Shown here: piece by piece, positions 43,279 to 56,266 of the stretch
Layout: each line of letters begins with the position of its first letter
Position numbering within the stretch: the stretch's first letter is position 1
Assembly (NCBI GenBank): GCA_963746845.1
Contig: CAVVCZ010000004.1
Coordinates: forward strand, 1,024,001-1,088,000
Length of the DNA: 64,000 nt
Reading direction: 5' to 3'
DNA from: an uncultured Chloroflexia bacterium
GTDB lineage: Bacteria; Chloroflexota; Limnocylindria; Limnocylindrales; CSP1-4
Notes under the pieces: model-generated
What the model saw: only the letters and a program-made list of their open reading frames with translations
The model's database searches: none
Told to the model about the DNA's origin: nothing
Translations under genes and position numbers: made by a program

Positions 43279-43871
43279 ATCGCTCGTGGCGACCGTCCGC
43301 CAGCCTGCGGCGGGTCCACCTCCTTCCGCACCGGGTGGTAGTTGTCGGGGTAGGTTCGTCGGTAGTTGCCGAGCAGTACCGGCTTCGATTCGTCGCCCTG
43401 GGAGATGCCTGCCGCCGATCGCTGCCGGGCCAGGAACGCGGTCTCTACGGCACGCTCGGACGGGCTGGTCGCGAGCTCCGCGCTCGTGAGGTCCGCGGTC
43501 GAGGGCCGGAGCGTCGGGTCGACGAAGCCCGTCCCGCCGAGGCGGAACGGCAGGACGAGGACCGCGACGATCGCGAGGCTCATCCCGACACCGGCGATCG
43601 GCGACATCACCCTGGGCCGTCGGCGCCAGCTCGTGATCCGGACACGGAGGCGGGGCCACGCATCGGAGGGAGGCTCGACCGTGCTCGCCTCGTCGCCCAG
43701 ACGACGGAGCGCCGTGATCGTCAGCATCGTCGACTCGATCGCCTCGGTGCATCGCTCGCAGCCATCCAGATGGGCGAGCGCCGCGCCCGTCTCGGACCGG
43801 ACCTCGCCGCGATCGACGAAGTCCTCCAGGACGGGGCGGAAGCGGGCGCAGGAGCGCCCGAGGTCGATCAC
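43275..43871 (-). CDS. Zinc-binding (ZAS) membrane anti-sigma factor
   Basis: HLDGCERC (HxxxCxxC), one TM helix, coupled to the ECF sigma stop. Confidence 0.85.
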   Translation of the reverse strand: MIDLGRSCARFRPVLEDFVDRGEVRSETGAALAHLDGCERCTEAIESTMLTITALRRLGDEASTVEPPSDAWPRLRVRITSWRRRPRVMSPIAGVGMSLAIVAVLVLPFRLGGTGFVDPTLRPSTADLTSAELATSPSERAVETAFLARQRSAAGISQGDESKPVLLGNYRRTYPDNYHPVRKEVDPPQAGGRSPRAI

Positions 43872-44542
43872 GAGGCGTTCGCCTCCACCTCGTCGCTCGG
43901 TGCGAGATAGGCGCCACCGAACCGTCGGTCGCGCTCGAGGTGGACGCGCAGGCCGCGCAGCGCGTAGTGGAGCCGCGACTTCACCGTGCCCAGTTGGATC
44001 CCGAGGGCTTCGGCGGTCTCCTGCAGGGACAGCCGCTGGAGGTAGTACAGGACGACGACGCTCCGATGCTTCTCGGGGAGGGCCGCGATGCCGTCGCGGA
44101 CGATCGCCCGGAGCTCCGCCTGCTCGGCGTGGTCGGACGGCAGCGGCCCGTCGTCGGCGCGGCTCGACTCGGTGACCTCGTCGATGGGGTCGGTCGAGAG
44201 CCGGCGGCGCGACAGCCGGGAATAGCACAGGTTGAGCGACACGCGATGGAGCCACGGCAGCGGCGAGACATCGGAGTGCAGGGTGTGCCGTCGCTGGTAC
44301 GCCCGCGCAAACGTGTCCTGGAGGATTTCCTCGGCGGCCTGGCGATCCCCCGTCAGCCCGTACGCCGTGCGATAGATCTGAGAGCGGTAACGCGCGAAGA
44401 ACTCCTCGAAGGCATCGAGGTCATCGGCCTGGACACGGCGCAGCAGCTCCGCATCCAAGGCCTGTGTCGTCCGCGACGTGGCGCCTCCCGCAGCGTCGTT
44501 CGTCGTCAGCACTCCGTGCAGGCGATGTGGCCCATGGGCCAT
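43868..44542 (-). CDS. ECF RNA polymerase sigma factor
   Basis: AEEILQDTF, PWLHRVSLN, region 4 GIQLGTVKSRLHYA; exact start uncertain. Confidence 0.93.
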   Translation of the reverse strand: MAHGPHRLHGVLTTNDAAGGATSRTTQALDAELLRRVQADDLDAFEEFFARYRSQIYRTAYGLTGDRQAAEEILQDTFARAYQRRHTLHSDVSPLPWLHRVSLNLCYSRLSRRRLSTDPIDEVTESSRADDGPLPSDHAEQAELRAIVRDGIAALPEKHRSVVVLYYLQRLSLQETAEALGIQLGTVKSRLHYALRGLRVHLERDRRFGGAYLAPSDEVEANAS

Positions 44543-44555
44543 CTGTTGCTCACAA

Positions 44556-44582
44556 GATACCTGCCCGGAACGGCAAAGGTTC
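44556..44582 (-). promoter_or_regulatory. Putative ECF autoregulatory promoter
   Basis: GAACC-N17-GTATC immediately upstream of the sigma gene. Confidence 0.5.
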
Positions 44583-44633
44583 ATGGAGGATTCGCAATCC
44601 CTCGGACCGCGCCGTGCCGCGGGGTCGCCCGGG

Positions 44634-46133
44634 TCAGTCCGGGCAGGGCATCTCCGCGCCGGCCATCGGGCGCCAGCGGAGGTTCGGCTGGCGTGCGGCG
44701 GTCGCCTCGTCGAGGCGTCCGACCGGGGCGGTGTGCGGGGCGCTCGTCACGACGTCCGGATCGGATTCCGCCTCGTGCGCGATCTCGATCAGGGCGTCCG
44801 CGAACGCGTCGAGGGTCTCGACCGACTCGGTCTCGGTCGGCTCGATCAGCATCCCCTCCTCGACCGTGAGGGGGAAGTAGATCGTCGGCGGGTGATAGCC
44901 CTTGTCGATCAGCCGCTTCGCGATGTCGAGCGTCCGGACGCCGGTCCGCTTCTTGATGCCGGCGGCCGAGGCCACGAACTCGTGCTTGCACGCTCGGTCG
45001 AACGGGATGTCGTAGGCCTCGCCGACCCTTCGGCGCAGGTAGTTCGCCGCGAGGACCGCGTCGTCGCTCACCTGGCGGAGACCCGATCCGCCGTGGGCGC
45101 AGATGTATGTGTACGCGCGCACGAGGACCCCGGTGTTGCCGACGAAGCTGCGCAGCCGGCCGATCGAGGTCGGGCGCTCGTCGATCCGCTCGAGGCGGAA
45201 CGTGCCGTCCGCCTCGCGCAGGACCCGCGGTGACGGCAGGAACGGCAGGAGCGTCTCCCCCACCCCGACCGGGCCGGCTCCCGGACCGCCGCCGCCGTGC
45301 GGCGTCGAGAACGTCTTGTGGACGTTGAAGTGCATGACGTCGAAGCCGGCCTCGCCCGGCTTGAACCGGCCGAGGATCGCGTTCAGGTTCGCGCCGTCCA
45401 TGTAGGCCAGGGCGCCCGCGCGATGGACGAGATCGAGGAGCTCACCGATCCGCTTCTCGAACAGGCCGAGGGTCGACGGGTTCGTGATCATCACTGCGGC
45501 GGTCCGCGGGCCGAGCGCGGCGCGGAACGCGTCGAGATCGACGCCGCCGTCGGCGGCCGACGGGATCGTGATCGTCCGGAAGCCGGCCATCGACGCCGTC
45601 GCGGGGTTCGTGCCGTGCGAGCTGTCCGGGACGAGGATCTCGTCCCGGACGGCCTCACCGCGGTTCCGGTGGTACGCGCGGATCATCAGGATGCCCGTCA
45701 GCTCGCCCTGGGCGCCTGCGGCCGGCTGCAGCGTGACCGCGCGCATCCCGCTGATCTCGGCCAGCGCGGCCTCCAGCTCCCACAGCAGCTGGAGCGTCCC
45801 CTGGGCGATCGAATTGGGTGAGAGCGGGTGGAGCGACGCGAAGCCGGGCAGTCGGGCGGCCCACTCGTTCAGCTTCGGGTTGAACTTCATCGTGCACGAC
45901 CCGAGCGGGTAGAAGCCCGTGTCGATCGCGTAGTTCAGGTGGGACAGGTTGACGTAGTGCCGGACGACCTCCGGCTCGTTCAACTCGGGCAGCGCCGGCG
46001 GCGTGACTCGCCGGGCGGCCGCCGGGATCCGGTCGAGCGCGTCCTTCGGCGGGTGCGGGATCTTGCCCTCGCCACGCCCCGGGCGCGACCGCTCGAACAG
46101 CGTCGGCTGGAGCTTCTCGCCGACGACCGTCAT
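44634..46133 (-). CDS. gcvPB: Glycine dehydrogenase subunit 2
   Basis: YPLGSCTMK, HGTNPATA, HKTFSTPHGGGGPG, LIEPTETE. Confidence 0.97.
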   Translation of the reverse strand: MTVVGEKLQPTLFERSRPGRGEGKIPHPPKDALDRIPAAARRVTPPALPELNEPEVVRHYVNLSHLNYAIDTGFYPLGSCTMKFNPKLNEWAARLPGFASLHPLSPNSIAQGTLQLLWELEAALAEISGMRAVTLQPAAGAQGELTGILMIRAYHRNRGEAVRDEILVPDSSHGTNPATASMAGFRTITIPSAADGGVDLDAFRAALGPRTAAVMITNPSTLGLFEKRIGELLDLVHRAGALAYMDGANLNAILGRFKPGEAGFDVMHFNVHKTFSTPHGGGGPGAGPVGVGETLLPFLPSPRVLREADGTFRLERIDERPTSIGRLRSFVGNTGVLVRAYTYICAHGGSGLRQVSDDAVLAANYLRRRVGEAYDIPFDRACKHEFVASAAGIKKRTGVRTLDIAKRLIDKGYHPPTIYFPLTVEEGMLIEPTETESVETLDAFADALIEIAHEAESDPDVVTSAPHTAPVGRLDEATAARQPNLRWRPMAGAEMPCPD

Positions 46134-47512
46134 CGGGCCGCCTCCACCGACACCCCGCCGGCGAGCTCGGCCGACAGGGCCGATGCGAACCGCGCGATCT
46201 CGTCGTCGGTCGTGACCTCGGTCGCGCACACGAGCAGCGCGTCGGCGAGGGATGGCTCGTCCGCCATGACGTCGGCCAGGACCAGCCCGGCGAGGATCCC
46301 CCGGTCGATCAGCCGCCGGTGGACGGCGGCCGCGTTCGGCACGCGGACCGCGAACTCGTTGAGGTACGGACCCGGATGGACGCGGTCCGCGCCGGCGGCC
46401 GAGAGCGCCGCCTCCAGCCGGGCCGCGCGTGCGGCCCCCTGGGCGGCAACGTCGCGAAGCCCGTGCGGGCCGATCGTCGCGAGGTAGACGCTGGCCGCGA
46501 GCGCGAGGAGCGCCTGGTTCGTGCAGATGTTGCTGGCGGCCTTGTCACGCCGGATGTCCTGCTCCCGCGCGCGAAGGGTCATCACGTAGGCGCGCTGGCC
46601 ACGGACGTCGGTCGTCATCCCGACGAGCCGGCCGGGGATCTGCCGGACGAGGGCGTCCGTCGAGGCGAGGATGCCCAGGTACGGGCCGCCGTACTGCGGC
46701 GCGATCCCGAGCGGCTGGCCCTCGCCGGCGGCGATGTCCGCCCCGTAGGCGCCGGGCGGCGCCAGGACCGCCAGCGACACGGGCTCGATCACGCTCACGA
46801 ACAGGGCGCCGGCCGCGTGGGCGATCCGGCCGATCTCGGCCATCGGCTCCAGCAGCCCGAGGAAGTTCGGTTGGGCCGCGACGACGCCCGCGACCGGGCT
46901 CCCGTCGGCGAGGAGGCGCTCGAGGGCGGCGAGGTCCGTGGTGCCCGCCCCCGGGCCGTCGGCGACCAGCGGCACGGTCTCGAGCTCCAGCCCGCCGCCG
47001 AAGTACGCCTCGAGGGTCTGCCGGTAGTGGGGATGGACGGCGCTGCTGACGAGCACCCGTTCACGGCGGGTGGCCCGGCAGGTCATCAGGGCAGCCTCGG
47101 CGGTCGCGGCCGCTCCGTCGTAGTGCGACGCGCTGACGACGTCGAGGTCGACGAGCTCGGCCAGCAGCGACTCGTACTCGTAGATGCTCTGGAGCGTGCC
47201 CTGGCTGATCTCGGGCTGGTACGGCGTGTAGGCCGTGTACCACTCCCCGCGGAGCAGGATCTGGTCGACCGCCGGCGGCGACCAGTGCCGATAGACGCCG
47301 GCCCCGAGGAACGACGCCAGGTCCGTCCGGTTGCGTCCCGCGAGGCCCTGGAGACGAGCGGCGAGCTCGAGCTCGGGCTCGGGCTCCGGCAGGTCCAGAC
47401 GGCTCGCCCGGAGCGGCTCCGGGATGTCGGCGAACAGCTCGTCGACGCTCGTCAGGCCGAGCGCCGCGAGCATGCGCTCGCGGTCGCCCGCGGTGTGGGG
47501 ACCGTAGGGCAT
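46130..47512 (-). CDS. gcvPA: Glycine dehydrogenase subunit 1
   Basis: YTAYTPYQPEISQG, YGGPYLG, REQDIRRDKAASNICTNQ. Confidence 0.97.
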   Translation of the reverse strand: MPYGPHTAGDRERMLAALGLTSVDELFADIPEPLRASRLDLPEPEPELELAARLQGLAGRNRTDLASFLGAGVYRHWSPPAVDQILLRGEWYTAYTPYQPEISQGTLQSIYEYESLLAELVDLDVVSASHYDGAAATAEAALMTCRATRRERVLVSSAVHPHYRQTLEAYFGGGLELETVPLVADGPGAGTTDLAALERLLADGSPVAGVVAAQPNFLGLLEPMAEIGRIAHAAGALFVSVIEPVSLAVLAPPGAYGADIAAGEGQPLGIAPQYGGPYLGILASTDALVRQIPGRLVGMTTDVRGQRAYVMTLRAREQDIRRDKAASNICTNQALLALAASVYLATIGPHGLRDVAAQGAARAARLEAALSAAGADRVHPGPYLNEFAVRVPNAAAVHRRLIDRGILAGLVLADVMADEPSLADALLVCATEVTTDDEIARFASALSAELAGGVSVEAAR

Positions 47513-47516
47513 CGGC

Positions 47517-47897
47517 TCAGCCGGCGGCGATCAGCGCGTCGTAGGCCGGCGCGTCGAGGAGATCGTCCACCTCACCGGGGTTCGTGAGACGGATCCGGAC
47601 CATCCAGCCCTCGCCGTACGGATCGCTGTTCACGAGCTCCGGCGACCCGGCGAGGGCGCCGTTCGCGGTCGTGACGTCGCCGGTCAGCGGGGCGAACAGG
47701 TCGCTGACGGCCTTGACCGACTCGACGACGCCGAAGGCGGCGAACTGGGTCAGGGCACGGCCGGCGTCCGGAAGCTCGACGAAGACGATGTCGCCGAGCT
47801 GGTCGGCCGCGTAGGCCGTGATCCCGACCGTCGCCTCGTCACCGTCGATGCGGACCCACTCGTGGTCCTTCGTGTAGCGCAGCTCCGCGGGGACCAT
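47517..47897 (-). CDS. gcvH: Glycine cleavage H protein
   Basis: YTKDHEW, VESVKAVSD (lipoyl Lys), NSDPYGEGW. Confidence 0.98.
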   Translation of the reverse strand: MVPAELRYTKDHEWVRIDGDEATVGITAYAADQLGDIVFVELPDAGRALTQFAAFGVVESVKAVSDLFAPLTGDVTTANGALAGSPELVNSDPYGEGWMVRIRLTNPGEVDDLLDAPAYDALIAAG

Positions 47898-47978
47898 CCG
47901 GGCTCTCTCCTCCTCGAGCGGGCGGGATCGAACGCACCCTGGCGTGCGGTTCGGGGTCGCGGGCGGCTCGGTCTCCCG

Positions 47979-49091
47979 TCAGCCCGCCCGGCGATAGAAC
48001 GGCAGGGCGACGACCTCGGCGGGGACCCGCTGGTCGCGGATCTCGACGTCGATCATCGTACCCGGCTGCGAGTCGGCCGTGGCGACATAGCCCATCGCGA
48101 TCGGCTCGCCGAGGGTCGGCGACTGGGTGCCGCTCGTGACCACCCCGGTCGTGCGGTCGCCCACGTGCAGCGGGTAGCCGTGGCGGGCGATCCCGCGACC
48201 GCGCAGGACCAGGCCGACGAGCGACCGGTCGACACCGTCGCGGGCCACCCGCTCGAGGGCCGCCCGTCCGACGAAGTCGTCCGGCTTGTCGAGCTTCACG
48301 ACGCGTCCGAGACCGGCTTCGAACGGGTTCGTCGTCTCGTCCAGCTCGTTGCCGTAGAGCGGCATCCCCGCCTCGAGCCGGAGCGTGTCTCGGGCACCCA
48401 GCCCGATCGGCTGGAGCTCGGCACCGCCGGCCGTCATCAGCGCGTCCCAGAGCTCGACGGCCCGGGCGGTGTCCACGAAGACCTCGAACCCGTCCTCGCC
48501 GGTGTACCCGGTCCGTGCGACGAGGGCCGGGATCCCGGCGACGGTCCCCTCGGCGATCGCGTAGTAGCGGAGCGCGGCAAGGTCGACGTCCGTGAGCGGC
48601 TCGAGGATCGCGACCGACCGCGGACCCTGGATCGCCACGAGGGCGGTCGCCAGTGACCGGTCGTCGAGGACCGCCTTGAACCCGTCCAGCCGCTCGGCCA
48701 GGAGGTCGCTGACCAGCTGGGCGTTGCCCGCGTTGGCGACGACGAGAAACCGATCCTCGGCGAGCCGGTAGACGATCAGGTCGTCGAGGATGCCGCCGTC
48801 CGGGGCGACGATCATCGAGTAGTGGGCGCGGCCGTCGGCCAGTCCCGGCGGGTTCGTCACGAGGGCGTGGGCCAGCGCTGCGCCCGCCTCACCGCCCTCG
48901 ACGAACAGCTCGCCCATGTGCGACAGGTCGAACAGGCCTGCGCGCTCGCGGACGGCCCGATGCTCCTCCAGGATGCCGCGGTACTGGACCGGCATCTCCC
49001 AGCCGGCGAAGTCGATCAGGCGCGCGCCGAGGGCGACGTGCCGGGCGCGGAGGGGGGTCTCGTGGAGCGCCGCGGCGAGCGGGTCCGCCAT
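47979..49091 (-). CDS. gcvT: Glycine cleavage aminomethyltransferase
   Basis: FAGWEMPVQY, FDLSHMG, RTGYTGEDGFE, GARDTLRLEAG. Confidence 0.98.
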   Translation of the reverse strand: MADPLAAALHETPLRARHVALGARLIDFAGWEMPVQYRGILEEHRAVRERAGLFDLSHMGELFVEGGEAGAALAHALVTNPPGLADGRAHYSMIVAPDGGILDDLIVYRLAEDRFLVVANAGNAQLVSDLLAERLDGFKAVLDDRSLATALVAIQGPRSVAILEPLTDVDLAALRYYAIAEGTVAGIPALVARTGYTGEDGFEVFVDTARAVELWDALMTAGGAELQPIGLGARDTLRLEAGMPLYGNELDETTNPFEAGLGRVVKLDKPDDFVGRAALERVARDGVDRSLVGLVLRGRGIARHGYPLHVGDRTTGVVTSGTQSPTLGEPIAMGYVATADSQPGTMIDVEIRDQRVPAEVVALPFYRRAG

Positions 49092-49103
49092 GGTCCCGGC
49101 GGC

Positions 49104-49604
49104 TCAGACGCCGCCGAACGGCGCTTCTGCGGTCGGCCGGACGGCGGGCGACGAGCGCCGCTGCGCCTCCGGATCGATGACCTCCGCTGCCTTGGCGACG
49201 AGGGCGCGCTCCGTCTCGAACGTGAGGAGCGACGGGGCCTGGTCGAACCGGACCCAGCGGACCAGGTCGAACTCGTGGTCGTGCCCCGAGAGATCGCCGC
49301 CGGTCGGCTCCATCAGGAAGTAGTGGACGGTCTTGTGGATCCGGGTCCCGCGCTGGACAAACCAGTAATCGATCGAGTCGAGGACGTCCGTGATCCGGAC
49401 CTCCAGGCCCGTCTCCTCGGCGACCTCGCGCAGGGCCGTCTGCTCGCGGGTCTCGCCCTCGTTCGGCGTGCCCTTCGGGAGCGTCCAGGTCAGGACGTCG
49501 CGGTCGCGTCGGCGCCCGCCCACGACGAGTGAGGGAATTCCGTCGTCGAAGCGGACGACGATGCCGCCGGCCGAAGTGGCGGTCCCGGTCCTCAGCCGCG
49601 CCAC
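49104..49604 (-). CDS. Nudix hydrolase
   Basis: Nudix box WTLPKGTPNEGETREQTALREVAEETG. Confidence 0.92.
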   Translation of the reverse strand: MARLRTGTATSAGGIVVRFDDGIPSLVVGGRRRDRDVLTWTLPKGTPNEGETREQTALREVAEETGLEVRITDVLDSIDYWFVQRGTRIHKTVHYFLMEPTGGDLSGHDHEFDLVRWVRFDQAPSLLTFETERALVAKAAEVIDPEAQRRSSPAVRPTAEAPFGGV

Positions 49605-49915
49605 GGCGCCGTGGCGGCGCTGGAACGGCGCGTCGAGCCCGAGGCGATGGACCCCGTCCAGCGGTAGGCGACCGCGGGTCGCGGACGTCCGTCCGGCACG
49701 CGGCGCGGCCGGGCCGTGGTGGCGGTCCGTCCCTCGCCGCGGAGCTGGGCGAGCAGGCCCTCGTCGGGGCGACGGAGGATCGTCAGTCGGGTGGAGGCGG
49801 CGTGGAACGAGCCCTCGCCGTGAAGCCCCAGCCGGCGCTCACGCGCGGCGGCCGATGGCCGGACGAACTGCGCGGCAGGGCGGGCCGCATAGCGTGCGGC
49901 GATGCTTCGCTCCAT
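49592..49915 (-). CDS. Hypothetical basic protein (or long leader of the nudix-gcv operon)
   Basis: ATG 8 nt after TACCAT; overlaps the Nudix start; no recognisable motif. Confidence 0.35.
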   Translation of the reverse strand: MERSIAARYAARPAAQFVRPSAAARERRLGLHGEGSFHAASTRLTILRRPDEGLLAQLRGEGRTATTARPRRVPDGRPRPAVAYRWTGSIASGSTRRSSAATAPWRG

Positions 49916-49934
49916 GGGCGGCAATGGTAGCGCG

Positions 49935-50984
49935 TCAGTCCGGCGTTGCAAGCGCCGGATGTGTGACCGCGAGGAGCCCCGCGGCGGCTTCCGGTGTCAG
50001 GGTGCGCCGCCGTTGCGCGATCGCGATCTCCCGCTCCGCGAGACGCGCATACAACGCCGCGACGTCCGGCGCCCGGGCGTCCAGCTCGGCAAGGTGGGCG
50101 ACGAGCGTGCCCCGGTCGCCACGGGTGGCCGGGCCCGTCAGGGCCGCGTCGATCCCGAGGGCCCGCGCGTTGGCCAGCGTCTGCTCGATCAGGGGGCCGT
50201 AGATCGCGAGGCTGCCGGCCTCGTCCAGCCCGGCGAGCCGGCCGAGCTCCGCGATCGCGTCCAGGAGGGCATCGAACCCGCCGGCCGCGAGGACGGCGGC
50301 CGCGTGATAGGCCGGCTTCGATCCCGGCGCCAGCCGGACCGGTGTCGCGCCGATCGCCTCGGCCATCCGGGCGAGCAGGTCGAGGAGCTGGTCGTCGCCC
50401 TCGATCGCGACCGTGGCTCCCTGGAGCGCGGCCACCGCCCGGTCGAGGTCGGCGAACGCCACGAGGGGATGGAACGAGCCGACCTGCGTACCGGCCGCCA
50501 TGGCCGCCGCGAGGGCATCCGCTCCGAGCAGGCCGCTCGTGTGGATCATCGCCTGGCCGCCGTACATGTGGAGGCCGCCGGCGACCCCGCGGATCGCATC
50601 GTCCGGAACGGCCAGGATGATCAGCTCGACCTCCTCGACGAGCGGCGTCGCATCGGCGAAGACCCGGACGCCCGGGACGAGACTCCGGAAGCGGTCCCGG
50701 CGTGCCGCATCGCGGCTTGCGACGGCGTGGATCGGCCAGCCGGCACGGTCCAGCGCCACGCCCAGGGCGGTCCCGACCGCGCCCGCCCCGACGATCCCGA
50801 TGACCGGCGGCTCGCCGGGCGAGCTCTGCTGATGCGGGTGGCGATGGGGCGTCGTGTCGTCGTGGTCCGGATCGTCGACGTTCGTGCCGGTCGGGTCCAG
50901 GTCGATGCCCGCCTCCTCGATCGCCCGGAGGGTCTCGTCGCGATCGCCGTCCGGTCCGGCGGCACGGCCGCCCCACGCCTTCAT
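49935..50984 (-). CDS. Rossmann-like/DUF2520 oxidoreductase (PanG-like)
   Basis: IVGAGAVG, LAVPDDAI, HTSG, FHPL, YHAAAV, LTGPATRGD. Confidence 0.88.
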   Translation of the reverse strand: MKAWGGRAAGPDGDRDETLRAIEEAGIDLDPTGTNVDDPDHDDTTPHRHPHQQSSPGEPPVIGIVGAGAVGTALGVALDRAGWPIHAVASRDAARRDRFRSLVPGVRVFADATPLVEEVELIILAVPDDAIRGVAGGLHMYGGQAMIHTSGLLGADALAAAMAAGTQVGSFHPLVAFADLDRAVAALQGATVAIEGDDQLLDLLARMAEAIGATPVRLAPGSKPAYHAAAVLAAGGFDALLDAIAELGRLAGLDEAGSLAIYGPLIEQTLANARALGIDAALTGPATRGDRGTLVAHLAELDARAPDVAALYARLAEREIAIAQRRRTLTPEAAAGLLAVTHPALATPD

Positions 50985-51066
50985 CCGGGGCGATCGCGGC
51001 GGCCGACGGGTGGTCGGCGGTACTCTTCCACGCAGCGAGTGTACCGACCGAACCGACGGAGGATCC

Positions 51067-53925
<2,859 letters not shown>

Positions 53926-53988
53926 GCTTCTGAACGACGGACGCCGCCGTCGTGTATCCCTGTCGAGCCTGCCCCGCCCGAGGAGCGC

Positions 53989-55002
53989 ATCACGGACACC
54001 ACGACGGACACCGACCGCGCGCAGGCCGCCGCCGAGGAACCCTCGGCCCCGACCGCCGTCCGCGACGCGCGCCGCCTCCGGGACGACCTGCTGGCGGCCG
54101 TCGGTCGCGCGGTCGTCGGCGCCGATGACCCCGTTCGCCTCGTCCTGACCGCCCTGCTCGCCGACGGCCACGTTCTCGTGGAGGACGTTCCCGGGACGGG
54201 CAAGACGCTCCTCGCCCGGGCCGTGGCGCGGGCGCTGGACCTTCGGACGAACCGGATCCAGGGCACGCCCGACCTGCTCCCGGTCGACATCACCGGCTCC
54301 AGCCTGTACGAGGGCGGGTCGCTCCGGTTCGCGCCGGGCCCGGTGTTCACGAACGTCCTGCTCGTCGACGAGATCAACCGGGCCACGCCGCGGACGCAGG
54401 CGGCGCTCCTCGAGGCGATGCAGGAGCGGCAGGTCTCGATCGAAGGCACGACCCGGCCCTTGCCCGAGCCGTTCATCGTCCTCGCGACCCAGAACCCGAT
54501 CGAGTTCGAGGGGACGTTCGCGCTGCCCCAGGCCCAGCTGGACCGGTTCCTCGTCCGGATCACGCTCGGCTACCCCGACGAGCGCGCAGAGCGGTCGATC
54601 GCGCGGCGCCACCAGGCGGCCGCCGAGCCGCTCGACGCGATCAAGCCGGTCGCGGACGCGGCCCGGATCCTGGCCCTTCGTGACGAGGTCCGTGGCGTCC
54701 GTGTCGCCGAGGAGGTCGAGGCGTACCTGGTCGCGCTCGTCCGGGCGACCCGGACCCACCCGGACCTCCAGCTCGGGGCCAGCCCGCGGTCGACGGTCGC
54801 GCTGTACCGCGCCGCCCAGGCCACCGCACTCCTCGCCGGACGTTCGTTCGTGCTGCCCGACGACGTGAAGACGATCGCCAGGCCCGTACTCGCCCACCGG
54901 CTCGTCGTCGACATCGACCGGAGCCTCCGCGGCGCGTCCGCCGACGCCGCGCTGACGGCGATCCTCGCCGAGGTCCCCGTGCCGCCGGTGACGGCCGGCT
55001 GA
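53989..55002 (+). CDS. MoxR family AAA+ ATPase (apparent non-canonical ATC start)
   Basis: GHVLVEDVPGTGKT, DLLPVDITG, DEINRA, ATQNPIE, LDRF; the conserved N-terminus extends upstream of the first GTG. Confidence 0.92.
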   Translation: MTDTTTDTDRAQAAAEEPSAPTAVRDARRLRDDLLAAVGRAVVGADDPVRLVLTALLADGHVLVEDVPGTGKTLLARAVARALDLRTNRIQGTPDLLPVDITGSSLYEGGSLRFAPGPVFTNVLLVDEINRATPRTQAALLEAMQERQVSIEGTTRPLPEPFIVLATQNPIEFEGTFALPQAQLDRFLVRITLGYPDERAERSIARRHQAAAEPLDAIKPVADAARILALRDEVRGVRVAEEVEAYLVALVRATRTHPDLQLGASPRSTVALYRAAQATALLAGRSFVLPDDVKTIARPVLAHRLVVDIDRSLRGASADAALTAILAEVPVPPVTAG

Positions 55003-55018
55003 TCCGCGAGCCAACGCG

Positions 55019-56266
55019 ATGACCGGCACGGCCTTCCTCGCGATCCTCCTCCTCCTGGCCGGAGTCGTGACCGCCGTCCCGGTGGCCGTGATCCTCGCGA
55101 TCGTGATCCTGCTCCTCGAGGTCGTCCGCGGGATCTGGGCGGCGAACGGGTTCCGGGGCCTGCGCTACGCCCGGACCCTCGCCCGCCATCGGATGACGTG
55201 GGGCGAGGAGATCCCGGCGACGATCGAGGTCTGGAACCGGAAGGGCCTGCCGCTGGCCTGGCTGACCGCGGCGGACGCGGCGAGCCCGGGGGTCACCGTC
55301 CGCGAGCGGCCGCTCGTGATCGGCGACGAGGGCAACCGGGTGCTCCGGAACGCCTGGACGCTCGCGCCGTTCGAGCGCGTGACACGCCACTTCCACCTCG
55401 GGGCGGTCCGGCGCGGCTCCTACGAGATCGGCCCGGTCGATCTCGTCGTGGGCGACCTGTTCGCGCGAGAGGCGGCCGCGGAGCGTCGCCCGGACGTCGA
55501 CCGGTTCCTCGTCCGGCCGCGGACGGTCGCCACGGACGTCCTCCAGCGGCGCGATCGCTGGGGCGGGGTCGACCGGGCGCTCGCCGGGCTGAGCGAGGAT
55601 CCGTCGCGCTTCGCGGGCGTGCGCGAGTACGCGCCCGGCGATCCGGTCCGGCGGGTCCATCCGCGGGCGAGCGCCCGGCTCGGCCGGCCGGTCGTCAAGA
55701 TCTTCGAGCCGTCGCGCGACCGCGAGGTCCTGATCGCGCTCGACGTCCAGACGCACACCGGGCCGATCTGGGACACGACCGTCGACGAGGACCGGGTCGA
55801 GTCCCTGTTCGTCGTCGCCGCGTCGATCGCCCGGTCGCTCGCCGGTGAGCGAGCGGCGTTCGGGCTCGCAGCCGCGGGATACCACGGGGCGGAGAGCCGG
55901 TTCGCGATCGTCGCCCCGTCCGAGGCGCCCGGCCAGATCGAGCGGATCCTGGATCTCCTGGCGCGGCTCTCGTCGCACCCGTCGGCCGAGTTCGACCGCC
56001 TGATCGCCGCGGTCGTCCGGACGATCCGGCCCGGGACGACGGTCGTGGTGATCACGGCGCGCGATCCCGGCTCGTACCTGTCGCACCTGCGCCGGCTCGA
56101 GCGGGCCGGGTGCCCCGTGGTCGTCGTCGCGTGCGGCCCGGATGCCGAGGGCGACGCCGCGCGCGCCCGGGTGACCGGTCTCGCCGCGCGCGTGGCCCGG
56201 CTTGACGGGCCGTGGCAGACGGCGGAGCGGCTCTCGATCGCCAGGCCGATGGCGGCGGCCCGGTGA
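55019..56266 (+). CDS. DUF58 domain membrane protein
   Basis: FAGVREYAPGDPVRRVHPRASAR; follows moxR. Confidence 0.88.
   Translation: MTGTAFLAILLLLAGVVTAVPVAVILAIVILLLEVVRGIWAANGFRGLRYARTLARHRMTWGEEIPATIEVWNRKGLPLAWLTAADAASPGVTVRERPLVIGDEGNRVLRNAWTLAPFERVTRHFHLGAVRRGSYEIGPVDLVVGDLFAREAAAERRPDVDRFLVRPRTVATDVLQRRDRWGGVDRALAGLSEDPSRFAGVREYAPGDPVRRVHPRASARLGRPVVKIFEPSRDREVLIALDVQTHTGPIWDTTVDEDRVESLFVVAASIARSLAGERAAFGLAAAGYHGAESRFAIVAPSEAPGQIERILDLLARLSSHPSAEFDRLIAAVVRTIRPGTTVVVITARDPGSYLSHLRRLERAGCPVVVVACGPDAEGDAARARVTGLAARVARLDGPWQTAERLSIARPMAAAR

Noticed and set aside
49605-49934. Glycine riboswitch upstream of the gcv operon
   Set aside because: No GGAGA..CCGAAG..CTCAGG core seen; a Nudix gene directly precedes gcvT.
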